A DNA stretch of 64,000 bases, taken from the NCBI GenBank assembly GCA_963693365.1, contig CAVNZM010000010.1, forward strand, positions 744,001-808,000. Reading direction: 5' to 3'. Under the pieces are notes generated by a model. The model was given only the letters and a program-made list of their open reading frames with translations. It did no database searches and was not told where the DNA came from. A program made the position numbers and the translations under genes. Below are positions 1-11,464 of this stretch, one piece after another (positions within the stretch are counted from its first letter, which is position 1; each line of letters starts with the position of its first letter). This stretch comes from Amoebidium appalachense (taxonomy: Eukaryota > Protista > Ichthyosporea).

Positions 1-58
1 CCCCTTTCCTCCATTGCTCCCTCCCCCACCCCCCCCCCCCCCCCCCCCCCCTCCCTCT

Positions 59-154
59 TGCTCTGCTTATCATGCATGCTCTTCATGTATGGTTTTCCCT
101 CTGCATCGTGTTATCCGTTGTTCATGTGTACTTCGTACTTTATGGCTTATCCAA
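59..154 (+). repeat. Partial (3') copy of the structured dispersed repeat family
   Basis: ctctgcttatcatgcatgctc...ctgcatcgtgttatccgtt...tgtgtacttcgtactt aligns by eye to 2426-2520. Confidence 0.8.
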
Positions 155-226
155 CCCCCCCCCTCCCCCCCCCCCCCCCCGGAGGGCAACTCCGCTCCCT
201 ACCTCCCTCCCTCCCTAACACACACA

Positions 227-309
<83 letters not shown>

Positions 310-671
310 CTCTTTCTCTCTCTCTCTCTTCCCCCCCCCCCCCTTTCCCCCCTTCCCCCCCTCGGACACACACACACATACACATCTCCGTCCCTCTTTT
401 TTGTTCTATTTCTCTCTCTCTCATCCGATTCACTCATACACAGAGACAAAACATACACTCTGACGCACACACGCACGCACACACACACTTTCCCTCTCAT
501 TCACTCCCTTTCGTTGTCGCCCTCTGTCTTTCCTTCTCTTTCTCAAAGTGGACTCTCCCTGTATTCGTCTCCCCCCCCCCCCCCCCCCCCCCCTCTCCTT
601 GCACTCTTCCACCCACTTCCTTATATCCCCCTCCTTATCCCCCTCTTGACATCTTATCTTTGCCGCAACTA

Positions 672-709
<38 letters not shown>

Positions 710-850
710 TTTTTTCTCAATGCTAATCCTTCTTTTTCTCGTCACACTTCCCTTTCACTTCGCCCCTCATTTTCAAGCTTTCTCTATTTCCCTATTGGTG
801 CCCCCCCTCCCCTCCTCCCCCCCTCTTTACCTCTTTCCGTTTCCCCCCTT

Positions 851-991
851 GTCGAAACTTGGGTACTGTGAGTGACTTGCCTCCCCACCGAGAATGGGCT
901 TTGCTTATGATGCATACTCTTGTGCGTACGTTGCAATCTGCATTGTGTTTCTGTCATGAATGTGTACCTTGCCTTTGGAACGCAAATCAAA
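851..991 (+). repeat. 5'-truncated copy of the structured dispersed repeat family
   Basis: gtcgaaacttgggtactgtg...ccgagaatgggctttgcttatgatgcatactct aligns to 2378-2447. Confidence 0.8.
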
Positions 992-1112
992 CCTCCCTCC
1001 ATCTTCCCCCTCCCATTTTCTCTCCCCTGCCTCCCTTCCTCTCCCCCTTCCTGTCTATCTGTGTGTGTGCCTTATGTGGTTTGTGTGCTAGGTGTGTGCT
1101 CAAAAGGGAGTA

Positions 1113-1154
<42 letters not shown>

Positions 1155-1161
1155 CGTGTGC

Positions 1162-1236
<75 letters not shown>

Positions 1237-1378
1237 GAATGGGAGAGGGGGGGGGAGGGGGGAGGTTGATACATGTATCGGGTATGTGGATAGGTAAAGG
1301 AAGGGCAGGGGTAAGTGTGGAGAGAATGTGCACGTATAGGGGCATGCGGGGCAAGGCGGGAGTGGTGGTGGTGGTGGT

Positions 1379-1415
<37 letters not shown>

Positions 1416-1463
1416 GGAGGATGGGGGACGGGGCGTGAGGGCATAAGACACTGATGGCTTGTA

Positions 1464-1527
<64 letters not shown>

Positions 1528-1769
1528 GGGGATAAGGAGAGGGAGATAGGAAAGGCGGGAGGGATGGCGAGGGAGAAGTGAGAGGGAGAAGAGGGGATAT
1601 AGAGGGGCCCGGGGGAGGGGGGGGGGGGGGGGGGAGAGGCATATGGCGTTGTAGTGTTCTCACGAATACTAATTCACGTGTGTTCAAGCAAGGAGCACAA
1701 GTTCATGCACACAGAGCTTGTTGGTGTGCATGTTTACAATTTTCATACGTCTGATTGGTTGCTTGTCAG

Positions 1770-2519
1770 GTGTATGATGTGACTGTTCCGAAGACCTTTG
1801 ATGCTTTGGACAGCTGGAGAGATGAATTCCTGATTCAGGCCAGGTACTGAATGTCCTTCCCTCCCCCCCCCCCCCCCCCCCCCCATCCTCCCCCCCTCCC
1901 CTCCTCCCCTCTCGGAGCTCCCTGCACGAGCCTAAATACACGCCTGTGCGTCAATTTACATAAGGGGTACAACACGAGGTCGCAGTATACATGATTGCTA
2001 TCACGCAGGCACACTCGCACACACACACAACACACACAGAGGGAGAGGCACGCACACACTCGGACAAACACGCAAGCAAATTTGGCTTACGCACACACAG
2101 GCAAACACAAACACACGTGTCCAGTCCGGGGCCGCCCTTCGGAACCATAGGCTCCAACACGTGATGCATTCATGGAACCTATCCCCCCCTCCCCCCCCTC
2201 CCCCCCCCCCCTCCTTCCCCGCTAACCCCCTTTTATCAGTTTCTCCCCCCCCCCCCCGGCCTTTCCCACTGCCCTTGCCTGCATAAGCAACCCTGCTCGT
2301 CTCTGATCAAGGCGGGTGACCTACTCATGTTCAAGTGAAACAGTATCTGAGTTGGGTTTCGTTAACGAGGGGAATAGGTCGAAACTCGGGTACTGTGGAT
2401 GACGTGGGCCCCCCCTGAGGATGGGCTCTGCTTATTATGCATACTCTTTATGTATGGCTTGCATTCTGCATCGTGTTATCCGTTTGTTCTTGTGTACTTC
2501 GTACTTTTTGACGCATTCA

Positions 2520-2560
<41 letters not shown>

Positions 2561-3331
2561 TCCTTCATCCCCTTTGAGATTGGGATTTATGATGCCATTA
2601 TTGTCCGCCGTCTTTGTACTTCGAGCTCTAAATCTCCCCCATCCCCCACCCTCCCCCCCGGCCCAACCTCCGTCCTTTCCACCGGAACTAGCGTGACTCT
2701 GTTTTTGCTGGTACGCAGGCATCTAATGGGAGCATTTACCAGTGCTTCCATTTTTAAAGGGCATGCACACACAAACACCTCAACACAACCGTGCACACGC
2801 ACACACCAACACACAAATATACACTCACAAATACACACCGTGCATGCACACTCGCAAATACAATTATTACACTGATACCCTCTCAAAGCACCTGCATACA
2901 CTACGACGCATACATGTGTGCGCGCATACGCGCGCACACACACACACAACCATTACATACACCAGATATGCACCCGGTCGCTCGACTAAAGTTTTTCCTT
3001 TCCCTTTCGCTTTTTTCTTTCTTTCTTTCTTCTTTTCTTTCTCTTTTTTTTTTTCTTTGCAGCCTGCGTGACCCTGAGCATTTCCCCTTCGTTTTGATTG
3101 GCAACAAGGTGGACTTGGACAACCGCCAGGTAACACTACCCCCAAATATCGATAAATTAAAATCTGGAGCTTTAAAATATTTTAAAGCTGCTGTTTCTAT
3201 TATGATATTGGAATCCCCACCTCCCCCCCCCCCCCCCTACCCCCGCCCCCCACCCCACCCCACCTCCTTTCCTGGTGGTAATGGTAGATCACCACACCAG
3301 CCTGTTTCTACTTTTTATGCATGTCATTTTG

Positions 3332-3368
<37 letters not shown>

Positions 3369-3950
3369 TCCCTCTGTTTCATAAGTAACTCTTTTCTGAT
3401 CAAGACGGATGACACACCCATGTTCGAGTGAAGCGGTATCTGAGTGGAGTTTCTTCGACGAGGTGAATGGGTTGAAACTTGGGCACTATGGATGACTTTG
3501 CCCTCCCCTGAGGATGGGCTCTGCTTATTATGCATACTCTCTATGTGTGGTTTGAGCTCTGCATTGTGTTGTTTGTTTTGTTTGTGTTTTTTGCGAGGAA
3601 TGTGTAATTCGTACTCTATAACACAATCTAACCCCCCCCCCCCTCCCCCCCTCGCCCTCCCCCCCTTTCCCCCCCTCTTCCTTCTTCCATTCTCTCTTCC
3701 TCCTTCACCATAATCACACTTGCACGCAACACACCGACACTCTCTGGTCCTAATGATAATTCATGACTTTCCCCCCCCTAGGAAGAGATCTACTGTTCCT
3801 CCACACTCTGTGTTTCGTCAGTACAAAATCTTTCTTGGTCAATTCTTTTTTTGTTTTGTACTGAGTTCAACACCCCGCCCCCCCCCCTCCCCCCCCAACC
3901 CACCACCACCTCCCCCCCCCCCATTCCCCACCCCCAACACACGCGCGCGC

Positions 3951-4002
<52 letters not shown>

Positions 4003-4197
4003 GATCATATAGCCCTTGCACACATAATTATTGTTTCTGTTGTGTTTTCTTGTTTTTCTCTCGGTGTTTCACGACCTCCGATGCATGTCCCCCCCCCCCC
4101 CCCCCCCCCTGGCTGAGGCACACCCAACACCCCTGCCTGCTTTCCACATCTGTGAGTGACCCCAGGTTCATTTGCACATGTTCTAATATCATAACAT

Positions 4198-4255
<58 letters not shown>

Positions 4256-4369
4256 GCATTCATAGTGTATGCACAAACATGCATGCCCCGACAACACCAT
4301 CACACTCACGTGTACACATGCCGACATTGGCGTGCACATGCACACACACGGCAATGCGGGCACGAACAC

Positions 4370-4456
<87 letters not shown>

Positions 4457-4562
4457 ACACGTACACACGTACAGGTGAGCTCCAAGCAGGCTCAAGCGTG
4501 GGCGCAGGCCAAAGGCAGCATGCCCTATTTTGAGACCAGTGCCAAGGAGGGTGTGTGGCCAG

Positions 4563-4615
<53 letters not shown>

Positions 4616-4651
4616 ACACACACAACCAACAACAAAAGAATAAAACTACCC

Positions 4652-4682
<31 letters not shown>

Positions 4683-4711
4683 AACCAACAACAAAAGAAT
4701 AAAACTACCCC

Positions 4712-4762
<51 letters not shown>

Positions 4763-4802
4763 ACACAACCAACAACAAAAGAATAAAACTACCCCCCCCC
4801 CC

Positions 4803-4833
<31 letters not shown>

Positions 4834-5162
4834 ACACACACGACCAACAACAAAAGAATTAAAATACAAAATACCCCCCCCCCCCTCCCCTCCCCCCCCC
4901 CCCCCCCCCCCCCCCCCCCCTTTGCCCGCCCACCTTCCCAGTTGCCACCTTTCTTCGGATCTGGGCGTCTGTGTGGCCTTTGTTTTTTGCTTGTTGGTTT
5001 TGTTCTTCCTTTCATAGATTCCCCCCCCCCCCCACCCCAAAATAAATAAATAAATAAAATAAAATAAAAAATACACACACATCCTTACATGTACACACAC
5101 ACACCGCACAGTGCACACACCACCTCTCCCGGGTTTTTTGGGGGGGTTGCTTCACGAAATTT

Positions 5163-5207
<45 letters not shown>

Positions 5208-5594
5208 AAAGAAAAGAAAAATAAAATTAATATTAAATATTATGTGAGTGAAAGAGAAAGATAAGGAGAGAAAGAAAATGCCCCTGCACAAGCGCCTCTA
5301 CCTTTTGCTCCACCAGTGTTCTATTATATCATCCCCCCCCCCCCCCCTCCCCCCCAACCCCACCACCACCACCACACACACACACACACACCACAATCTA
5401 AACAACTCAACACCCCCAAAAATCACCCTCCCACACACACAGCCATCAACGTGGAGCAGGCCTTCCAGGAGATTGCACGGAATGCACTGAAGAAGGAGGC
5501 GGAACTTTCTCTTCGGCAGGAGGAGGAGCTGGCGCCCATCAAACTCACAGACTCGGACGCAAACAACGCACAGCAGGGCGCATGCGCTTGCTAA
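1770..5594 (+). CDS. RAB7: Rab7 small GTPase, 3' portion (5' exons not found in window; presumably upstream)
   Basis: GT-AG exons 1770-1843, 3063-3129, 4475-4550 and 5443-5594 splice in phase to [91 protein letters not shown]...GACAC*. Contains G4 NKVD, G5 ETSAK, the Rab7-typical [10 protein letters not shown] and a C-terminal CXC prenylation motif. Confidence 0.96.
2281..2520 (+). ncRNA. Structured-RNA repeat with hammerhead-like core strands (copy A, Rab7 intron)
   Basis: Closing stem ATAAGCA 2283-2289 / TGCTTAT 2429-2435; 13-bp stem 2340-2352 / 2384-2396; GAAAC 2381-2385; CTGAGGA 2415-2421. The repeat is clear; ribozyme identity is a hypothesis. Confidence 0.55.
3380..3631 (+). repeat. 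Decayed full-length copy B of the structured repeat family (Rab7 intron)
   Basis: cataagtaac...ctgatcaagacgg...ggtatctgagt...gttgaaacttgggcact...cccctgaggatgggctctgcttattatgc is colinear with copy A. Confidence 0.85.
4623..4875 (+). repeat. Compound tandem repeat: four copies of caaccaacaacaaaagaataaaacta separated by (C)n(CA)n
   Basis: Unit visible at about 4623, 4682, 4766 and 4841. Confidence 0.9.
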
Positions 5595-7367
5595 AAAAAA
5601 AAAAAAAAAGAAAGAAAGAAAGAAAGGAAAAGAAAAAAAGAAAGGGGGAGAGAGTTTGGATTCTTCTTTTATTCCATTCTTTTTGGACTCTTGGAGACTT
5701 TGGGGTGTGTTTTGTCCGTTTTTGAAGCCGCCCTTCCCGATCACCAGCCCCTTCTTTTCTCCGCTTTTGAATAGTCTTGCTTTAGGTCTTATTTCACGTG
5801 CCTCAAGCTCTGGTTTTAAGTTCTGGCCTATGTTTTGCTTTCTAGGGTGGCAGTTCTTAGACCAATGTTCGTTTGGGGGGCTTTATACATAATCGTGTGG
5901 AGGCATAAATATTTCTTGATAATAAATTGTGTTCGGTTTTGGGACACACATTTGCTACTTTGACAACGCTGTGAACTCGTTAAATGCAATATAAATTACG
6001 AGCAGTCATAAAATCATCTTAGGCCACGTTGATTTGGAGCGTGGTGGGTCGTTATGATTTCGATGTGCACACCCGATTCGGCCGTTGTGGCGCCGGCATG
6101 GTCATACACTGTTCGGCAGTGGCAATAAAATCTATGTTTATAAAGGAACACGTGTGGCTGCCGTGAACACTGGCAGTGGTTCTTGCAAGAACCTGTTGTG
6201 TCTGGGACTTTTGTCTTCTTTTTCTCAAGACATACTGGCTCTTGTACACGCAGTGTATGTTCATGGTATGCAAGGAGACAATCAATCAGCTACCCATGCA
6301 CGTTGAAAGATCCACGTGCATCATGGGCGTGCATAGACAAAATTAACAGGTCGAGGCTGTCAGTACCCAGCCATGAAGACCCTCCCCAAAAAAAACGCCT
6401 GCATAAAACAATAAAAAAAAGTAGGAATTTACCTAGTTCGACTCAGATCTCTTGCATGGATATGTACGTCCACGTACCGCACGAGCTGGTGGGGACAAGA
6501 TGTTGTAGACATCAGGGTGGGCAAGGCGGTATTGACCGTGTAGGTGTGGGGGTGGACCTATCACACAATCATACGAGTTGAGCAAGCATGCGCGTGTTCC
6601 TTGTTTAGTGAAAGGTTGCAAACCGTTGAAACCGAAACGTAGACAGGCACAAAACATTTACCGTGCGAACGGCCTAAGCGAACAACTGTCGATGTACTTG
6701 GCAAGTTGGCTGTCAGCGGCAAAACCCAAAAACAAAACAAAACAGCAACATCTCAGGACTTGTAAGAAACCAATCAACGAGAAGAGCTTTAGATTTGAGT
6801 TTTCAAACCCCGAACAAGCCTTGATTGACAGGGTATTTATGTAAGCGTTGCTGTTTTTTAATTCAATAGATTCAACCCAAAAAAGAATTTTTTAAAAAAA
6901 ACAGAAGGATTCATATATTTATTCTTGTTATTAGGTGTCAATGTGCCAAGAAAATAGATCAATCCCTAACCTTGTTTCCCGCCTATCCCATGCCATTAAA
7001 TGTTCCGATTATGATTCGTGCAATATCACATTAATAAACATATGGAATGTGCTGTGGAATGCCCTGTGACCCATGCGAGTAACCTCGGCAAACCCCAACG
7101 TTGCCTACCAAACGGACTTTCCCCTGTCGTGTGTACGTGTGTGCCTGAGAGATATAGAGAGACTATCCTCGCACACATATGTGAACATCGACCACATTTA
7201 TATGATACTATAACTTAAAACTGATTGTTGAGTTTTACGGTTTCGTGTCAGCCTAAACCCCGCTAATCGTCCACACCTGCACGTCAGACCTTTACAGTCC
7301 AGAAAAGCACAAATCCTCTTATCATACTTTCTCTTTTCAACACACACCTACACACCAGCAAAAAAAA

Positions 7368-8165
7368 ATGATTCTCGCACGGCTGTTCGTGCTGGCAGGG
7401 GCCGCGCTCTGCGTCTCTGCCACGGCCCTACCAACAGAGTATCCGTTCGCTGCGGAAGTCTCTCAGGAGGCAGTAGTGAGATATGATATTAAGACAGAAC
7501 TCGCCCAATTAGGAAACCTGACCAACCTGAACGCGACCGAGCTTCTAACGCGTTTGGACGGGGCAGCTAAGCAGTACATCCAGAAAAATCCCGATGTTCT
7601 TACGCGCCTGAAAGATGCTGTGATCAAGACGGCTGCGGAGGCCAAAACCAACCAGCAATTCTATTCAAACCTGCTTCACGGTGCCGCGGGTGCTTTCAAC
7701 GTCACACTGAATGACACACATGTTCAGGCAGTCGCAACGAAAATATCCGAAATCATTCCAACAGGCGTGGTGGAGTCTCTGCTCCCACAGGCAACCAGCC
7801 TCGTAGGTGCTCTATCGACCGGTTCCCTCGGAAACATCAACCCTACCATCGATGCGTCCGCAATTTCATCACTCCTACCCCAAGCATCAAACCTAGTCAA
7901 CCAGTTCTTTGGTAACCTTAACCTTGCCCCCACCGGGACCATTTCAGCGGCACAGCTGGCTCCTGGGGTAGAGACACTACACACAAACCCCTCACCCACC
8001 GCCACTACATCAGCTTTAAGTGAGACTGTTGTGCTTGAAGAAACGGCAACGGCAACCGACGCGGCTGCACCTCCCGTCTCGACGGAGGAACTAGACTCGC
8101 TTATGAACGACCTGGCTTCATTGGCCGGTTCCGGTGATTTGTCGAGTCTTGGTTTCTCGTTCTAG
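7368..8165 (+). CDS. Hypothetical secreted protein, 265 aa, single exon
   Basis: Repeat-free ORF with ATG in an AAAATG context, hydrophobic signal peptide MILARLFVLAGAALCVSATA, helical N-half and Thr/Ala/Pro-rich C-half. No family recognised. Confidence 0.8.
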   Translation: MILARLFVLAGAALCVSATALPTEYPFAAEVSQEAVVRYDIKTELAQLGNLTNLNATELLTRLDGAAKQYIQKNPDVLTRLKDAVIKTAAEAKTNQQFYSNLLHGAAGAFNVTLNDTHVQAVATKISEIIPTGVVESLLPQATSLVGALSTGSLGNINPTIDASAISSLLPQASNLVNQFFGNLNLAPTGTISAAQLAPGVETLHTNPSPTATTSALSETVVLEETATATDAAAPPVSTEELDSLMNDLASLAGSGDLSSLGFSF

Positions 8166-9567
8166 AGTGCAACATGAAATGTGACTATATGTAGGTTTGT
8201 GTTTGGTGCATCATACTTCTACGCTTCGATGGAAATTGGCATCTCACAAATTTGTGTGCACCCATGCATATGTGTGTGATTTAGGACCGTGGCATATATT
8301 TGGTAATGGGTACGTAGAAGGGTTTCCTGAAGAATCCAAGGCGGAGTAATCGTTTTTAGCTCTATCTCCAGGCTTTAAATTAAGCGTGTTAATGATTAAG
8401 GCACCATGGGCTATCCTAGGTGCACCACACGTACATCAGCATATGCTGTCAACTTGGCATTTACGTTTTTACTTTCCTGCAAGCATCTTTCACGCAAACA
8501 CATAAAGAGACGGACACGAAATTCATGTGCTTTACATTCACAAAAACTCGACTATTTAATGCACACAGAGCACACCAATACTTAACACAGACGAGATAGA
8601 AACCTGGGTATGCCAAGATCTTCATAAGTGGCTTTTGCAGCCCAAAATAGGTTAAACCTCCTTGCAGAAATACTTGACTTCTAAGAAATATAATGCACAA
8701 CATAATGGTCACCTATGCAATAAAGAAATAGCCTTTAAGAGGTTGCACCGTATTCGGCCTATAGGTTCTCTCGAGCTTTGATTGTCACAAACCGTATGGT
8801 GCGTGCTCCCAGACTGTTCATCGGTGCATGAACATTGCACGAGCATGTTTGTGTGATAAACTGTGAAAGTTTGCTACAGTCGAAATCCTAGTGTACCTGG
8901 TGTAGTGTAGGTGTATGTATGTATAGTGTCTAACGTGCTTTGTGGTTGTGCGTGAGGGAGAAGGGATGTGAATGTGTGCGCGTGTACGCGTGTGTGGGTG
9001 TGTATGCGGGGCAACGGTGTTTCGAAGGGTAGGTTGGGGGGGGATAAAAAAAGAAACACACTCAAAACTACAACGTTGCGAATGGTCAGCCTTTGGCTGG
9101 CAGCTATAGGGAAATCTCTGAACTTTCTCTGAACTTTCCAGGTGTCTGTATTTCCACCATGATTCATGCAACAAAATGTTTTGCAGGCGAAGTGGTTGGG
9201 TAATAAAACATTATAGCACTGTCCTTTATAGCTTGTCTGTTGGGGCGCGCTTGTTTGTGGGCTGTGTGCATGCGTGCGTGCGTGCGTCGATCTGAGCCTT
9301 TGCAACATGTGCGTGTGTGTTCTGTTCATGTGTGTGTGTGCAGGTGTGTGCGTGGATGCTTGCGTGCGTGCGTGCGTGCGTGCGTGTGCGTGTGTGTGCA
9401 TGTGTGTGTGTGTGTGTGCTTGTGTGCATACGTGTGCATTTGTGCGTTTGTGCGTGTGTGCGTGTGTGTGCGTGTGTGCGCGTGTGTGCAGTGACTGTGT
9501 CTTGTGGGTGGATCATCTGTGGTGGCTGGATGGTTGGGTTTGTGTCTCTGTGTGTCACGGTTTTCAG

Positions 9568-9601
<34 letters not shown>

Positions 9602-9682
9602 GAAATTGGTGGCTGGGTGTTTGGGCGTGTGTCTGTGTGTCACGGTGCGGAGTGGAGGTGGGGATCCGCGGAGGGGGAGAGT

Positions 9683-9722
<40 letters not shown>

Positions 9723-10270
9723 CAAATTCTTCTCCGCTACCAATGTTTTTGGGCTCTTCTAAGCCAAAAAACAATGATCACCACCGTTTCTGGGCATGTC
9801 TTCCTCTTGTTCTTCTTCTTCTGCTGCTGCTGCTTTTCAAAGTTTAGTTTTCCTTTCATCATGGTGATCGCGAAGTTCACGTTTCCGAAACAGCCCCTCC
9901 CCTTGTGATTCCCGAGGTTCCGGGCTTACTTTATTTGGTCAAAAATGTTCGTTCTTTACCCATAAAAGGCAGGTCCGCGCGCAAGAAAACAAATGAGACA
10001 GCCAGGTCACGGGGTTTTTACTAGGTCCATACGACAGACACCCAACCCAGTTCCGGCAAGTCAGTCACACCAAGACCCGACAGTGCGCGCGCATATGCCA
10101 TACTATGGGAGGCTCTGTCACCTATGCTTGTACACCTGAGAAACGCACACCTCCACATCTAATCCACTAAGTTTTGACCAGAGCAGTACGTACACACGAA
10201 GCGTACAAACAAGCACACTGAAAGTACACTTATATCAGTAGTGTGGTTCACACGAATAGAGCAAAGCAAG

Positions 10271-11200
10271 ATGCAAGCAGCTAGGAGCATCTTTAACGTT
10301 CTGATAGTCGGCGCCGGGGCCACCGGCGCTGCAGCAGCACAGAAGTTAAAGCAGCTCGGTGCTTCTGTGTTGGTAGTGGATAAAGGGAGGGGGGTTGGGG
10401 GTCGCCTTGCAACACGCAGAGTAAATGACTACGGGGCAGCCGACCATGGAGTGCAGAAAGTGGAAATGAGGAGTGCAAAAGCGCGCGAGATCCTGAGCCC
10501 ATTCCTACGACAATGGTATGGGGAATACTATATGGCACCAAAGGGGTTTTCGGCGGTTGCTAAGGAGCTGCTTAAAGAAACGCACGTGAAGACAAGTGTG
10601 AGGATTGTTGCCCTGAAAAGGAAGGAGGGGTGGTGGCAGGTGGGAGGAGACGACGGGTCGAATTGGAGCGCAGAGAAAGTTTTGCTCACGTGCCCTGTAC
10701 CCCAGGCACTCACCCTACTTAAAGAAAACGGGATAACCCTCAACGAAACGACTTTAAGCTTGCTTTCGCAGAGGAAGTATGAACCGTGCATATGTGCTGT
10801 AGTGTCGCTTAAAACCCCCCCTCCCACCGGCCTTCACCTGAAAACCCCCACCTCCCCGCTGAGGTTAATCGTCAACAACGCGGAAAAGGGAATCGCCACG
10901 AACCCACTTTTAACTGTACATGCGGATGCAAAATGGAGCGCTGATAATTGGACAAGGAAGGAGGAGGAGCTGTTGGAAGACGTTTTGGGCGTTACATTAA
11001 GCCAACTGGGCATGAATAAGGAGGCTGTGGCTGGGGCGCAGTTAAAGAAATGGCTGTATGCCTTTCCGGAAAAGACCACCGATGATGGAGTGGTGGAGTT
11101 GGGAGACGGGTTATTTTTAGCAGGGGATGCTTTCAGTGGGCCGGTAGGGGTGGAGGGGGCGGTGCTGTCGGGTTTGGCAGCAGCAGAAAGGTTAGCGTAG
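10271..11200 (+). CDS. Renalase-family (COG3380-type) NAD(P)/FAD-dependent oxidoreductase, single exon
   Basis: First ATG at 10271. Rossmann motif VLIVGAGATG, then DKGRGVGGRLATRR, DHGVQ, KWLYAFP and C-terminal AGD...VEGAVLSGLAAA. Confidence 0.88.
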   Translation: MQAARSIFNVLIVGAGATGAAAAQKLKQLGASVLVVDKGRGVGGRLATRRVNDYGAADHGVQKVEMRSAKAREILSPFLRQWYGEYYMAPKGFSAVAKELLKETHVKTSVRIVALKRKEGWWQVGGDDGSNWSAEKVLLTCPVPQALTLLKENGITLNETTLSLLSQRKYEPCICAVVSLKTPPPTGLHLKTPTSPLRLIVNNAEKGIATNPLLTVHADAKWSADNWTRKEEELLEDVLGVTLSQLGMNKEAVAGAQLKKWLYAFPEKTTDDGVVELGDGLFLAGDAFSGPVGVEGAVLSGLAAAERLA

Positions 11201-11392
11201 GTTTAACGAATTCTTAAAAAATTAAGTTTTTAGTGCCCTGCTTATTTGGTGATACGTGAGAGTAAGCTAACCACTAATACGAGCTATATTTGCGAATCTT
11301 GTACGATAGGAAACACTTGTTTTGTGTGATATATGAATTGAGAGAAAGGGAGGAGAGGGTCTGTGTGCCTGTGTGTGTGTGTCTGTGTCTGC

Positions 11393-11464
<72 letters not shown>

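Noticed and set aside
2340-2396. Canonical type III hammerhead using TTAACGAG (TCGACGAG in copy B) as the core
   Set aside because: The core is poorly conserved among copies and stem I cannot form, while the downstream CCC-CTGANGA strand is much better conserved. It remains a weaker alternative.
2296-2400. 5S rRNA-derived SINE head, cobalamin riboswitch, HDV-like ribozyme or box C/D snoRNA as the identity of the repeat
   Set aside because: The 5S and cobalamin resemblances (ctcgtc..tgatc, gggaata, actgt) need large gaps and are not kept in copy X. No proper HDV P3/L3 was found, and TGANGA lies near the 3' end rather than the 5' end. Not formally excluded without an Rfam search.
8461-9862. 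Minus-strand gene divergent from the renalase
   Set aside because: Candidate segments could not be joined into a phase-consistent ORF with any recognisable motif.
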